Of a DNA stretch of 64,000 bases, positions 1-10,796 are shown one piece after another. Each line of letters opens with the position of its first letter. The stretch's first letter is position 1. Both the position numbers and the translations under genes were made by a program. Source of the DNA: Streptococcaceae bacterium (GTDB taxonomy: Bacteria; Bacillota; Bacilli; Lactobacillales; Streptococcaceae); NCBI GenBank assembly GCA_031253335.1, contig JAIRWF010000027.1, forward strand, positions 97,077 to 161,076, read 5' to 3'. The notes beneath the pieces are model-generated. The model made no database searches. It was not told where the DNA came from and saw only the letters and a list, made by a program, of their open reading frames with translations.

Positions 1-381
1 GTGATTAAAAATATCGCTCGGCGTGAGATCAGATCAAGCCTTGAGGCCCGAGCGAAAGAAAGCTTAGTCGAGCAATTTATTGACGAAAGTTCGATTGACG
101 TTTTGAAAAATCAAGACGATATTTTGGAAGCTTTCAAAGCCTTTTCTAAAAAGAAAAAAGCGGATGAAATCAAGCACCTCTTAGAAAATGAGCACTTAGA
201 ATCGGAAGCAGCGAATCTCGTCGATGAAGCGATTAGACGCGGTTATTTATCTGAGCATGGCTTAGAATTAAATGCCATCATGCCGGCCACTTCAAGGAGA
301 CAAGGCGCACGTGAAACACTCAAACGCCGCATTTTTGAGACGATCCAGGAAATTGTGGAACGTTATCGGGGAATATTGTAA
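1..381 (+). CDS. hsdR: Type I restriction enzyme R subunit, C-terminal part (runs off window start)
   Basis: Translation (REIRSSLEARAKESLVEQFI...ELNAIMPATSRR...KRRIFETIQEIVERYRGI) resembles the EcoR124I-type HsdR C-terminal domain; partial. Confidence 0.7.
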   Translation: MIKNIARREIRSSLEARAKESLVEQFIDESSIDVLKNQDDILEAFKAFSKKKKADEIKHLLENEHLESEAANLVDEAIRRGYLSEHGLELNAIMPATSRRQGARETLKRRIFETIQEIVERYRGIL

Positions 382-404
382 AAGAAAGGGTTACAGGTGG
401 CGAA

Positions 405-548
405 ATGAACATCAAAATTTGTGGGAATCGAAGTGCCGAGTCGGTTGAGGCGGCGGTGGAAGCTGGGGCGACGCACCTGGGCTTTATCATGAGCCTTGGC
501 TTTAAGCGGACGGTACCTTTTCAAAATCTTCAAATCTTGAAGCCCTGA
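405..548 (+). pseudogene. trpF: Truncated phosphoribosylanthranilate isomerase (47-aa N-terminal fragment)
   Basis: Hand translation [47 protein letters not shown] carries the TrpF N-terminal KICG...A.EAGA..LGFI..S..R.V pattern; below the ORF-track cutoff. Confidence 0.8.
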
Positions 549-567
549 CTTGTGGTATAATATGGCT

Positions 568-1497
568 ATGTTCACAGTAAAAGATTTGACAAGTCGTATC
601 AAATTTGACGAGATCTATTCGTCAGAAAAGGCTTTGGCGCGCGAGATTACAACAGCTGATATTACACGTCCTGGGCTTGAGATGTCGGGCTACTTTGACT
701 TTTTCAGTCCGGAGCGAATCCAGCTCTTTGGCATGAAGGAATGGTCCTACATGATGAAAGAAACTGGAGATGAGCGCTACGACTTGCTCAAAAAAGTTTT
801 TGCTCCAGAGACACCTGCGGTAATCGTAGCACGCGATCTTGAAGTGCCGCAAGAGATGATTGATGCAGCCAGACACCGTGATGTCGCCCTTCTTCAGTCA
901 AAAGAACCTACAAGTCGTTTGTCAGGACAGATTTCGAGCTATTTGGATGAGAAATTAGCGCCTAGGACGAGTATTCATGGGGTTTTGATGGATATTTATG
1001 GGATTGGTGTGCTGATACAGGGAGCCTCAGGGGTTGGGAAGTCTGAAACAGGGCTAGAGCTCATTCGTCGGGGACATCGAATGGTTGCAGATGACCGTGT
1101 TGAGGTCTATAAGAAAGATGAGTTCACGGTCATCGGGGAGCCACCCGAGATTTTGAAGGCACTGCTTGAGATTCGTGGTGTCGGCATTATTGATGTCATG
1201 GATCTCTTTGGGGCAGGGGCATTGAAGGACAATGTTGCCGTGGAGCTCGTCGTGAGCCTCGAAGAATATGACAACAACAGAGCTTATGACCGTTTAGGTA
1301 CAGGCGAATACAGTCTTGATCTCGCGGGGGTTACTGTCCCCGAGATTCGCATCCCCGTCAAAATTGGACGAAATGTCTCCGTCATCATTGAGTCGGCCGT
1401 CATGAATTTCCGTGCCAAACAGGCTGGACATGATGCAACAGCGGACTTCGAGTCCCGACTCACGAACCTCATCGACCGCAATTCCGTCCCAGACTGA
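568..1497 (+). CDS. hprK: HPr kinase/phosphorylase
   Basis: [12 protein letters not shown], Walker [15 protein letters not shown]-like [16 protein letters not shown]; start ATG 568 (or 562) directly after TGgTATAAT 553-561. Confidence 0.97.
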   Translation: MFTVKDLTSRIKFDEIYSSEKALAREITTADITRPGLEMSGYFDFFSPERIQLFGMKEWSYMMKETGDERYDLLKKVFAPETPAVIVARDLEVPQEMIDAARHRDVALLQSKEPTSRLSGQISSYLDEKLAPRTSIHGVLMDIYGIGVLIQGASGVGKSETGLELIRRGHRMVADDRVEVYKKDEFTVIGEPPEILKALLEIRGVGIIDVMDLFGAGALKDNVAVELVVSLEEYDNNRAYDRLGTGEYSLDLAGVTVPEIRIPVKIGRNVSVIIESAVMNFRAKQAGHDATADFESRLTNLIDRNSVPD

Positions 1498-1500
1498 CTT

Positions 1501-1638
1501 TGTCAAATTTGACAGGCTCAATTTTTCTCAGAACTTACTCTATCAAATTTGACAACACTATGCACAGTCATAATCCTACTTTGTCAAATAATAGAATTGC
1601 CGTTTTACAGCCAAAATCTCTTTCCATCAAATTTGACA
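1501..1638. repeat. Cluster of 14-bp palindromes TGTCAAATTTGACA
   Basis: Perfect copy 1501-1514, variants 1541-1554 and 1625-1638, half-site at ~1582; ~40-43 bp spacing. Confidence 0.85.
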
Positions 1639-1663
1639 ACTCCTCTTTTTAGAAATAATACTT

Positions 1664-2491
1664 ATGATTTCATTTCACGACATTTTATACGTTTCTCCAG
1701 CAGCTATCAGCAAAATCGCCTTACAGCTAGGTCCATTCGCCATTCATTGGTACGCCATCCTCATTGTCATAGGCGCCGTGCTTGCTGTCATTGTGGCCAT
1801 GCGCGAAGCACCCAGAAAAGGCCTCACAGGAGACGATGTTATTGACCTTCTTCTTTGGGCTTTTGTCCCTGCGCTGATTGTGACTCGCGCCTATTATGTG
1901 GCTTTCCAATGGGATTACTACAGCCAAAATCCGAGCCAAATCATTGCCATCTGGGACGGTGGTGGTGCCATTTATGGCACCATCATCGGCGGCGCGATTG
2001 TACTCGTCATATTCTGCCGAGTGCGCCACATCAATATTCTTGATATGCTGGACATCGTGATGCCAGGTGTTCTCCTCGCACAAGGCATTGGTCGATGGGG
2101 AAACTTTATCAATCAAGAAGCCTATGGTGGCGCCGTGAGTAATCTCAACTGGCTCCCCTCATTTTTGCGCAATCAAATGTATATCGACGGAAGTTATCAT
2201 CTCCCCACCTTTCTCTTTGAAAGCATCCCAGATCTTGTGGGTGCCATTCTCATCATCGCTTTTCGCCATAAACTCAAGCTTCGTCGTGGGGAAGTCTTTG
2301 CCTTCTACCTCATTTGGTACGGCATTACCCGTTTTATCGTGGAAGGTATGCGCGATGACAGCCTTATGTTCCTAGGTGCTAGAGTGTCGCAAGTCTTGTC
2401 TGGCGTACTTGTTGTCATTGGCGTCCTCTATATTGGCTACCAACGCCTGACACAAGACCCTGAAAAGCTAGCCCAGAAAGAGCAAAAATAG
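1664..2491 (+). CDS. lgt: Prolipoprotein diacylglyceryl transferase
   Basis: IHWYAILI, IWDGGGAIYG, QGIGRWGNFINQEAYG, HLPTFLFES, RFIVEGMR motifs. Confidence 0.96.
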   Translation: MISFHDILYVSPAAISKIALQLGPFAIHWYAILIVIGAVLAVIVAMREAPRKGLTGDDVIDLLLWAFVPALIVTRAYYVAFQWDYYSQNPSQIIAIWDGGGAIYGTIIGGAIVLVIFCRVRHINILDMLDIVMPGVLLAQGIGRWGNFINQEAYGGAVSNLNWLPSFLRNQMYIDGSYHLPTFLFESIPDLVGAILIIAFRHKLKLRRGEVFAFYLIWYGITRFIVEGMRDDSLMFLGARVSQVLSGVLVVIGVLYIGYQRLTQDPEKLAQKEQK

Positions 2492-2552
2492 CCCACGCCT
2501 TTGTTGCAATTTTTTGCTATAATAGTGCCAAGATTACTTTTTAGGAGTTATT

Positions 2553-2954
2553 ATGCAAAGCATACTCATCGACATACTTTACGGCGCGCTGATTCTTCTC
2601 GTGTTGGCACTTGCCATTCTCGTCGTCAACCTGATTCGCACAACTGGTCATATCAATAAAGCAACCAAGCTCGTTGCAAGCGACGTGGATGTACTTTTAC
2701 ATCAAGCAGACACGCTCATGAGCAAAGTCAACACGCTTGTTGAAGATGTCAATGGCAAAGTGGCCACGATTGATCCGCTCTTTACCGCGGTTGCAGACCT
2801 TTCTGAGTCCGTGACGAAGATTAACAAAACGGGTAACGACTTTGTCTCACGCTTCTCAAAGAAAAAAGCACGCCATCTCAAACAAAAAAGTATCATTAAA
2901 ATTGGCCGCGCAGCGAATTTCTTCAAACGCGGTGACAAATACGAAGAACAATAA
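2553..2954 (+). CDS. DUF948/YtxG-like membrane protein
   Basis: N-terminal TM, coiled coil, DVNGKVATIDPLFTAVADLSESV; conserved position after lgt. Confidence 0.85.
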   Translation: MQSILIDILYGALILLVLALAILVVNLIRTTGHINKATKLVASDVDVLLHQADTLMSKVNTLVEDVNGKVATIDPLFTAVADLSESVTKINKTGNDFVSRFSKKKARHLKQKSIIKIGRAANFFKRGDKYEEQ

Positions 2955-2966
2955 AGGAGGCCTTCC

Positions 2967-3422
2967 ATGGCTAAAAAATCACACTTTCTCTTAGGTGCCG
3001 CAGTTGGTGCCGTTGCAGCACTCTTCCTTGCCCCTAAAAAAGGCAGCGAGTTCCAGGAAGATGCGAAAAAAGCCTATAGCGATTTTAAAGAAAATCCGCA
3101 AGAGTTTGCAAAAGCACGACTTGCAGATGCCAAAGATTTTTCAGTTGAAAAATTCAATGACGTTAAAGGAAAATTTGACTCTGGCGAATATTCTGCGGAT
3201 AAAGCGCGCGACTATCTCCTAGAAAAACGAGACCAGATTCGCGAACGTGTTGAGTCTGGCGACCTATCTGCTGACAATGTCAAAGACTTTTTCAATAAAA
3301 CAAAAGATAGCTTAGTGAGTCGTTTTCAAACAACAAGCGACAAAGAAGCCTCAGAACAGGCGAGTGACCTAGATGAAAACTACAGCTGGACAGACAGCGA
3401 AGACAAAAAAGACGACTGGTAA
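2967..3422 (+). CDS. YtxH domain general stress protein
   Basis: FLLGAAVGAVAALFLAPKKG motif; SD AAAGGAGG. Confidence 0.85.
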   Translation: MAKKSHFLLGAAVGAVAALFLAPKKGSEFQEDAKKAYSDFKENPQEFAKARLADAKDFSVEKFNDVKGKFDSGEYSADKARDYLLEKRDQIRERVESGDLSADNVKDFFNKTKDSLVSRFQTTSDKEASEQASDLDENYSWTDSEDKKDDW

Positions 3423-3531
3423 ACAACTATCCCCATCTGGGGATTTTTTCTTTCCCTCAAAGCAGATTTCTGCCAGCTTTCAGTAAAACTTGTTACAATA
3501 AAGCTATCACATGATAGAAAAGGATCTAGTT

Positions 3532-4965
3532 ATGACTCAACAAGCAAACTTTGGTGTGGTCGGGATGGCCGTCATGGGCAAGAATTTGGCGCTCAATGTC
3601 GAAAGCCGCGGCTACACTGTGGCGCTCTACAACCGCACGACGTCTAAGACCGAGGCGGTGATTTCAGAGCACCCAGATAAAAACTTTATTTTGACAAAAA
3701 CGCCTGAGGAATTTGTGGCGGCAATCGAAAAGCCTCGCCGCATTATGCTCATGGTACAAGCTGGCAAGGGCACGGACGCCACGATTCAGACCCTTTTGCC
3801 TTTGCTTGATAAGGGCGATATCCTCATTGACGGAGGCAACACGCACTTCCCAGATACGATGCGCCGTAACGCTGAGCTCGCAAACTCAGGCATTAACTTC
3901 ATCGGTACAGGCGTGTCTGGTGGTGAAAAAGGCGCACTCCTTGGTCCATCCATGATGCCTGGCGGGCAAAAAGAAGCTTACGATTTAGTGGCCCCTATTT
4001 TTGAGCAAATCGCAGGGAAAGCACCTCAAGACGGGAAGCCTTGCGTGACTTACATTGGACCGAACGGCGCGGGACATTATGTCAAGATGGTACACAACGG
4101 CATCGAGTACGGCGATATGCAGCTGATTGCGGAGTCTTATGACCTCTTGAAGCGCGTTCTTGGCCTCTCAAACGCTGAAATTCAGGCGACTTTTGAAGAA
4201 TGGAACAAGGGAGAGCTCGATAGCTACCTCATCGAAATTACCAAAGAAGTCCTCAAATGCCAGGACGACCTTGAAGGTGAGACAGGATATATTGTCGATA
4301 AGATTCTCGATGCGGCTGGAAACAAAGGTACAGGTAAGTGGACGAGCCAATCTGCGCTTGATTTGGGCGTGCCACTCCCACTCATCACAGAGTCCGTTTT
4401 TGCCCGTTATATCTCGGCTTACAAGGACGAGCGCGTGAAAGCAAGCGGCGTTTTGGCAGGTCCTACAGCGACTTTTGACGGCGACAAAGCTGAAATTATC
4501 GAAAAAATTCGCCAAGCGCTTTACTTCAGCAAAATCATGAGTTATGCGCAAGGGTTTGCACAGCTTCGCAAGGCCTCAAAGGACTTTGACTGGAATTTGC
4601 CTTATGCGGACATTGCAAGCATCTGGCGTGCGGGCTGCATTATTAGGGCGCAGTTCTTGCAAAAGATCACGGATGCCTTTGATAAAAATGCGGAGCTTGA
4701 AAATTTGCTCTTGGACGACTACTTTGTCGGCGTGACGGCGAAATATCAAGAAGCAGTGCGTGAAGTGGTGGCCCTTGCAGTCAAGACCGGCACACCTGCG
4801 CCAACCTTTAGCTCTGCGATTGCCTATTACGACAGCTATCGGAGTGCCAATTTGCCTGCAAACTTGATCCAAGCGCAACGCGATTACTTCGGCGCGCACA
4901 CCTACGAGCGTGAGGATAAAGCACGAGGTGAGATGTATCATTATGACTGGTACACGCAAGAATAA
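3532..4965 (+). CDS. gnd: NADP-dependent 6-phosphogluconate dehydrogenase
   Basis: [47 protein letters not shown]; ATG 3532 after GAAAAGGA. Confidence 0.98.
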   Translation: MTQQANFGVVGMAVMGKNLALNVESRGYTVALYNRTTSKTEAVISEHPDKNFILTKTPEEFVAAIEKPRRIMLMVQAGKGTDATIQTLLPLLDKGDILIDGGNTHFPDTMRRNAELANSGINFIGTGVSGGEKGALLGPSMMPGGQKEAYDLVAPIFEQIAGKAPQDGKPCVTYIGPNGAGHYVKMVHNGIEYGDMQLIAESYDLLKRVLGLSNAEIQATFEEWNKGELDSYLIEITKEVLKCQDDLEGETGYIVDKILDAAGNKGTGKWTSQSALDLGVPLPLITESVFARYISAYKDERVKASGVLAGPTATFDGDKAEIIEKIRQALYFSKIMSYAQGFAQLRKASKDFDWNLPYADIASIWRAGCIIRAQFLQKITDAFDKNAELENLLLDDYFVGVTAKYQEAVREVVALAVKTGTPAPTFSSAIAYYDSYRSANLPANLIQAQRDYFGAHTYEREDKARGEMYHYDWYTQE

Positions 4966-5133
4966 GGTGCGCCTCGCCTGACTTCGTCAGGTCTTCGCCC
5001 TTTGGACTATGCTGTCCGTTTTGTCTAGCAACTGAAGTTGCTGACAAAAAGGCACTTCGGCGCGCACACCTACGAGCGTGTGGATAAAGCGCGTGGTGAG
5101 ATGTATCACTATGACTGGTACACGCAGGACTAG
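4886..5133 (+). repeat. 80-bp direct repeat of the gnd 3' end (4886-4965 and 5054-5133) flanking an 88-bp hairpin-rich spacer
   Basis: 73/80 identity by manual alignment. Confidence 0.92.
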
Positions 5134-5184
5134 CGAAACCCTGAATCCTCGCATTTGTGGGGATTTTTTGATATACTAAAGCCT

Positions 5185-6294
5185 ATGGAACTTTCAGAAA
5201 TTCGCCGTATTCAAGAGGAACAAGCGGCAAAAATCAAAGCGATTCAAAATTCTTTGGATTTGGAACAACTCGAAGAAGAAATTGCCTTATTAGAAAATGA
5301 CATGACAGCTCCCGGCTTTTGGGATGATAATGTCGCAGCGCAAAAGGTCATTGATGAATCGAACGCCAAAAAAGCCCAGTATGACGGCTATCGAGAGATG
5401 GAGAAAATGCTTGCCGATAATGAAGCGCTTCTTGAGATGCTCCAAGAAGAAGCAGACGCTGACTTACAGGCAGAGCTTGAACATGATACCGAAGAACTCG
5501 ACAAGAAAATTCAAGCCTATGAGCTTGAAGTCCTCCTCAATCAACCCTATGACCACATGAATGCCATCATGGAAATCCACCCAGGCTCAGGTGGTACAGA
5601 GTCGCAGGACTGGGGAAGTATGCTCATGCGCATGTATACCCGCTGGGGCGAGGCGCACAACTTCAAAGTCGAAATCGTCGATTATCAAGACGGTGACGTG
5701 GCGGGGCTTAAGTCCGTGACCATTCGTTTTGAAGGGCATAATGCATATGGCTTCTTGCGCTCTGAAAAAGGGGTCCATCGTTTGGTACGCGTATCACCTT
5801 TTGACTCACAAAACCGCCGTCACACGAGCTTCACGTCCGTCGATATCATGCCTGAGCTTGATGACACGATAGAAGTTGAAATCAATAAATCCGATCTCCG
5901 CCGTGATGTCTTCCATGCGGGAGGTGCCGGTGGCCAGAACGTCAATAAAGTCACAACAGGTGTCCGCTATACGCACATCCCGACAGGTATTGTCGCTCAA
6001 TCCACGCAAGACCGCACGCAATATGGAAATGACGCCATTGCGATGAACCTCTTGAAATCCCGCCTCTATCAGCTGGAGATGGAAAAGAAACAAGCAGAAG
6101 TGGATGCACTAAAAGGCGACCAAGCAGATATAAGCTGGGGCTCACAAATCAGAAGCTACGTCTTCATGCCTTATCAGCTTGTGAAAGACACCCGAAGCGA
6201 GTACGAAACCTCTCAAATTGACAAAGTCATGGATGGTGATTTAGATGGCTTTATTGACGCGTATCTCAGGTGGTTTACGGCAAATCAAAATTAA
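5185..6294 (+). CDS. prfB: Peptide chain release factor 2 (continuous ORF, no programmed frameshift)
   Basis: SPF tripeptide (RVSPFD), GGQ ([10 protein letters not shown]), WGSQIRSYV; ATG 5185. Confidence 0.97.
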   Translation: MELSEIRRIQEEQAAKIKAIQNSLDLEQLEEEIALLENDMTAPGFWDDNVAAQKVIDESNAKKAQYDGYREMEKMLADNEALLEMLQEEADADLQAELEHDTEELDKKIQAYELEVLLNQPYDHMNAIMEIHPGSGGTESQDWGSMLMRMYTRWGEAHNFKVEIVDYQDGDVAGLKSVTIRFEGHNAYGFLRSEKGVHRLVRVSPFDSQNRRHTSFTSVDIMPELDDTIEVEINKSDLRRDVFHAGGAGGQNVNKVTTGVRYTHIPTGIVAQSTQDRTQYGNDAIAMNLLKSRLYQLEMEKKQAEVDALKGDQADISWGSQIRSYVFMPYQLVKDTRSEYETSQIDKVMDGDLDGFIDAYLRWFTANQN

Positions 6295-6433
6295 AAAGAA
6301 TCCCAAGTACCAGCGTTATACTGGTGCTTTTTTAGACATAAAACTTTAAACCGAAAGTAACAGACTTGAAACATTTGCCTTCTACCTATGTGATATAATA
6401 ACTCAGACAGTTATTAGAATGGAGTAAAAAACG

Positions 6434-7126
6434 ATGGGAATTGTTGAGTTGAACAATGTTACCAAAAAATATTCAAATGGAACCACCGCGCTTCGCAATA
6501 TCTCAATTGATATCCCAGCAGGTGAGTTTGCTTATATCGTAGGACCGTCTGGAGCGGGCAAATCAACCTTTATTAAGCTACTCTACCGTGAGCTCAAGAT
6601 TGACAAAGGCACTGCGAAGATTGCAGGCTACAATCTCTTAAAAATAAAGAACCGTCAGGTCCCACTTTTGAGGCGTGCAGTTGGCGTAGTCTTCCAAGAC
6701 TACAAACTCTTACCCCGTAAGACGGTTTATGAAAATATCGCCTATGCCATGGAAGTCGTCGGAAAGCGTCCCTATGAAATCCGTAAACGCGTTATGGAAG
6801 TACTAGATCTTGTCGGCCTCAAACATAAAGTTCGTGCCTTCCCCAATGAATTATCCGGTGGTGAGCAACAGCGTATTGCGATTGCACGCTCCATTGCCAA
6901 TTCACCCAAGCTTTTGATTGCAGACGAGCCTACGGGGAACTTGGATCCCGAAAACTCTTGGGAAATCATGAACCTCTTGGAACGTATCAATCTTCAAGGC
7001 ACAACGATTTTGATGGCGACACACAACTCGCAAATTGTCAATACCTTGAAACACCGTGTCATTGCGATTGAAAACGGCCATATTGTCCGTGACCAAGATG
7101 AAGGAGAATACGGCTACGATGATTAG
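6434..7126 (+). CDS. ftsE: Cell division ABC ATPase FtsE
   Basis: GPSGAGKST, GVVFQDYKLL, LSGGEQQR; follows prfB. Confidence 0.96.
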   Translation: MGIVELNNVTKKYSNGTTALRNISIDIPAGEFAYIVGPSGAGKSTFIKLLYRELKIDKGTAKIAGYNLLKIKNRQVPLLRRAVGVVFQDYKLLPRKTVYENIAYAMEVVGKRPYEIRKRVMEVLDLVGLKHKVRAFPNELSGGEQQRIAIARSIANSPKLLIADEPTGNLDPENSWEIMNLLERINLQGTTILMATHNSQIVNTLKHRVIAIENGHIVRDQDEGEYGYDD

Positions 7127-8054
7127 AACATTTTTTAGACACCTCTGGGACTCGCTCAAAAATCTCAGGCGTAATGGTTGGATGACGATTGCAGCGATTA
7201 CTTCAGTCACAGTAACCTTGATATTAGTAGGGATTTTTCTCTCATTGATATTAAATACAAACAACCTCGCCAAAGAACTTGAAAACAATGTCCGCGTCGT
7301 TGCATATATGCGCCTTGATGTGCACGACCAGTCTCAAACCATACAAGACCCAAATAATGCGGGAAAGACAATCACTAACCCAAATTACCAGCAAGTTTAT
7401 AACGAAATCAAGCAAATTCCTAACGTAAAATCTGTTACCTTCTCAAGCAAAGATGCGCAGCTCAAACAGCTGACGGACTCACTCGGTAAAGCGTGGACCA
7501 TTTTTAAGGGAGATGCAAATCCCCTCTATGATGCCTATATCATCCAAGCTGCTCAGCCCAAGAACGTTGCACAGATTTCAGCAGATGTCAAAAAACTGAG
7601 CCAAATCAGTCAGGTCAACGATGGGGGCGCCAATACGAAGAAAATCTTTAGCCTTTCAAACGTTATCCAAACTTGGGGAGCTGTTGGAGCACTACTCTTA
7701 ATCCTTGTTGCTGTCTTCTTGATTTCAAACACAATCCGAATCACAATTATTGCGCGCTCACGTGAAATTCAAATCATGCGACTTGTGGGCGCAAAAAACA
7801 GCTATATCCGCTGGCCATTCTTTCTTGAAGGAGCCTGGGTCGGCCTTGTAGGGGCTATCATTCCAGCTTTCCTTGTCGGCTTTCTTTATCAAGTTGCCTA
7901 TCAGGGTCTTGAAAAAGGCCTCGAAAGTCAGGCGATGTCGCTTCTAAAGCCAGCACAATTTATTCCTTTTATGACCATTTTGATTTTTGCCTTAGGGATT
8001 ATCATTGGTGCCTTGGGCTCGGTCATTTCCATGCGCCGTTACCTCAAAGCTTAA
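7119..8054 (+). CDS. ftsX: Cell division permease FtsX
   Basis: SLKNLRRNGWMT, ISNTIRITIIARSREIQIMRLVGA; ATG 7119 overlaps ftsE end. Confidence 0.96.
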   Translation: MIRTFFRHLWDSLKNLRRNGWMTIAAITSVTVTLILVGIFLSLILNTNNLAKELENNVRVVAYMRLDVHDQSQTIQDPNNAGKTITNPNYQQVYNEIKQIPNVKSVTFSSKDAQLKQLTDSLGKAWTIFKGDANPLYDAYIIQAAQPKNVAQISADVKKLSQISQVNDGGANTKKIFSLSNVIQTWGAVGALLLILVAVFLISNTIRITIIARSREIQIMRLVGAKNSYIRWPFFLEGAWVGLVGAIIPAFLVGFLYQVAYQGLEKGLESQAMSLLKPAQFIPFMTILIFALGIIIGALGSVISMRRYLKA

Positions 8055-8100
8055 AGGCTTTCAGAATATATATAACCTAATTTCGATTAAGTTTCTGACT

Positions 8101-8149
8101 GAAGACTAACCCTATTTTGGACTCAAAATAAGGTTAGTCTTCATTTTTT
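8101..8149 (+). terminator. Intrinsic terminator after ftsX
   Basis: GAAGACTAACC...GGTTAGTCTTC stem followed by T-run. Confidence 0.75.
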
Positions 8150-8349
8150 GAAATTTAGGAAGGCTTAGCCGTAGGCTTTTTAGAATCAGTTTCCAATTCT
8201 TTTACAAAAATACTTCTTAACATTTGATTTTGTCTATATTATTCTGAGACAAAGTGCTCAGAACTTTGTCTTCAATCTGAGATACAGCTCTCATCAACTG
8301 TATCTTTTTCTATGTTATAATATGCACATAAACTCAAAGGAGAATCTTT

Positions 8350-10335
8350 ATGTTTGATTCAACCGACCAATTAGCCGTGAATACCTTGCGTACCTTGTCC
8401 ATGGACATGATCCAAAAGGCAAATAGTGGTCACCCAGGACTTCCCATGGGAGCTGCTCCCATGGCCTATGTGCTCTGGAGCCAATTCTTAAATATCAATC
8501 CTGCAACTTCACGCAACTGGACGAACCGCGACCGCTTTGTCTTATCCGCAGGCCACGGCTCAGCACTGCTGTACAGTCTTTTGCACACAGCGGGCTACAA
8601 GCTAAGTCTCGACGATTTAAAGAATTTCCGTCAATGGGGCTCGAAAACCCCTGGACATCCTGAAGTCAACCACACGGATGGCGTTGAAGCAACGACTGGC
8701 CCGCTTGGCCAAGGGATTGCAAACGCAGTCGGCATGGCGATGGCAGAAGCTCATCTCGCAGCACAGTACAACAAGCCTGGTTATGACATTGTCAATCACT
8801 ATACTTTTGCACTGAACGGCGACGGTGACCTTATGGAAGGCGTCTCACAGGAAGCGGCAAGCCTTGCGGGCAAACTCAAACTTGGTAAACTCATCTTGCT
8901 TTACGATTCCAATGATATTTCACTCGACGGCAAGCTCTCGCAAAGCTTCACCGACGACGTGCAAAAACGCTTTGAGGCCTACGGTTGGCAACATCTGCTC
9001 GTGAAAGATGGCAATAATCTCGATGAAATTGCTAAAGCTATTGAAAGCGCAAAAGCAGAGACAAGTAAGCCAACTATCATCGAAGTCAAGACCGTGATTG
9101 GTTTTGGCGCACCCGACGAAGGCACAAACAAAGTCCACGGCGCACCTTTAGGTGAAGAAGGTGTCGCTGCCGCAAAGAAAGCCTATGGCTGGGATTATCC
9201 TGAGTTTTCCGTACCAGAAGAAGTCACAAAACGCTGGGCAGAGACTTTGCAAACCCGTGGCGCAAAAGCAGAAGCCGACTGGAATGACCTTTTTGCCAAA
9301 TACAAAGCCGACTATCCGAAAGAAGCCATGATTTTTGAGCACAGCTTTGCGGGAATCGTCCCACCAACGCTCAAACTCACACCACATGAACTCGGGGAGT
9401 CGAAAGCTTCGCGCGTGACCTCGCAAGAAGCCATTCAAGAGCTGGGTGCCCAGTTACCAAACTTCTGGGGTGGTGCCGCAGACCTCTCGGCCTCAAATAA
9501 CACCATGAATAAGGTAGAACAAGACTTTATGCCCGAAAACTATGCCGGTCGTAATATTTGGTTTGGCGTGCGCGAGTTTGCGATGGGCGCCATCATGAAT
9601 GGCATTGCGCTACATGGTGGGACGCGCGTCTATGGCGGGACTTTCTTTGTCTTTAGTAACTACATGCTCCCAGCCGTCCGCATGGCGGCGCTCCAAAACT
9701 TGCCTGTGACTTACGTTTGGACACATGATAGTATTGCAGTTGGCGAAGACGGTCCGACGCATGAGCCTGTCGAGCAACTCGCAAGCGTTCGCTCTATGCC
9801 GAATCTCGATGTCATTCGACCTGCTGACGGCAATGAAGTCGCTGCCGCTTGGAAACATGCCGCAACAGCAACTTCACGTCCAACAGCTCTCATCTTGACC
9901 CGCCAAAATCTTCCAGTCCTTGAAGGTACTGCAGAAAAAGCAGCAGAAGGCATCGAAAAAGGCGCATATATACTCGTGGAAGAGACTTCAGACCTTGAAG
10001 GGATTTTGATTGCAACAGGCTCAGAAGTGGGACTCGCTGTCGAAGCTGCCAAGCAGCTCGGCTCTGGCGTGCGTGTGGTGTCGATGCCAAGCATGAACCG
10101 CTTTGACGAGCAGGATAAAGCCTACCAAGAAGAAGTCTTACCAACGCGCACGGGGACGAAATTAAAACGCCTTGCGATTGAAGCAGGTACAAGCTTTGGA
10201 TGGGGCAAATACGTGGGGCTTGCGGGTAGCACAATCACGGTTGACAAATGGGGCGCTTCAGCACCAGCCAGCAAGGTCCTACCAGAATATGGTTTCACGG
10301 TTGAAAATGTTGTTGCAGAGTATAAGAAGTTATGA
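8350..10335 (+). CDS. tkt: Transketolase
   Basis: [12 protein letters not shown] motif [20 protein letters not shown]. Confidence 0.98.
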   Translation: MFDSTDQLAVNTLRTLSMDMIQKANSGHPGLPMGAAPMAYVLWSQFLNINPATSRNWTNRDRFVLSAGHGSALLYSLLHTAGYKLSLDDLKNFRQWGSKTPGHPEVNHTDGVEATTGPLGQGIANAVGMAMAEAHLAAQYNKPGYDIVNHYTFALNGDGDLMEGVSQEAASLAGKLKLGKLILLYDSNDISLDGKLSQSFTDDVQKRFEAYGWQHLLVKDGNNLDEIAKAIESAKAETSKPTIIEVKTVIGFGAPDEGTNKVHGAPLGEEGVAAAKKAYGWDYPEFSVPEEVTKRWAETLQTRGAKAEADWNDLFAKYKADYPKEAMIFEHSFAGIVPPTLKLTPHELGESKASRVTSQEAIQELGAQLPNFWGGAADLSASNNTMNKVEQDFMPENYAGRNIWFGVREFAMGAIMNGIALHGGTRVYGGTFFVFSNYMLPAVRMAALQNLPVTYVWTHDSIAVGEDGPTHEPVEQLASVRSMPNLDVIRPADGNEVAAAWKHAATATSRPTALILTRQNLPVLEGTAEKAAEGIEKGAYILVEETSDLEGILIATGSEVGLAVEAAKQLGSGVRVVSMPSMNRFDEQDKAYQEEVLPTRTGTKLKRLAIEAGTSFGWGKYVGLAGSTITVDKWGASAPASKVLPEYGFTVENVVAEYKKL

Positions 10336-10571
10336 TTTTACTTCTTTTAGCGCTCCTGACGGTGGCCGTCCAAGTGGCGAATTTTTTTACAATCAATAAT
10401 CTCGTCATTGCGATCGTTGTGATGCATCTAACCTTCATCCTTGTGGGACGTCATGCCAGACTCACCCACAAAGCTGGGATGCCGGTCTGGCGCCTACCAT
10501 TTCTTGTCATTTGCCTTTGCAGTGCGATAAATATCGTTTTCGTCTTCAACTTGCTCTTTCACTGGTTTTAA
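10332..10571 (+). CDS. Small hydrophobic membrane protein, unknown function
   Basis: 79 aa, ~3 hydrophobic segments, ATGA overlap with tkt stop. Confidence 0.55.
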   Translation: MILLLLALLTVAVQVANFFTINNLVIAIVVMHLTFILVGRHARLTHKAGMPVWRLPFLVICLCSAINIVFVFNLLFHWF

Positions 10572-10604
10572 GTAAAAACTGAACATTTTTGCTATAATCA
10601 ATTT

Positions 10605-10742
10605 ATGCGATGAGCTGACTTTTGGACTTCGGTCTAAAATTTAGAGCATGGGAGCGGCTAGATGATGCTGACTTTGCGTAATTGTGTGAACCTTTTACGT
10701 GACAGGAAACTGCCCAAAAGAACCAGCTTTGGCTGGTTTTTT
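10605..10742 (+). ncRNA. Stand-alone small RNA, probably asd-motif/MarS family
   Basis: TGcTATAAT at 10590-10598, hairpin TTTTGGAC-TTCG-GTCTAAAA, terminator AACCAGC..GCTGGTTTTTT; blocks TGCGATGA, AGCAT, TAATTGTGTGAACC, GACAGGAAACTG match my recollection of the asd motif. Confidence 0.6.
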
Positions 10743-10796
10743 AATAAAAAAGCTATTGACGAGTAAAGTAACAAAAAAATAGAAAGAAATATAAAA

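Noticed and set aside
1501-1638. Spaced palindromes as a CRISPR array or parS sites
   Set aside because: Repeats are only 14 bp, degenerate and also occur inside genes; no cas genes; they do not match the parS consensus TGTTTCACGTGAAACA
10662-10766. Short ORF (MMLTLRNC...) inside the sRNA
   Set aside because: Runs through the terminator and has no recognisable features; the RNA interpretation fits better
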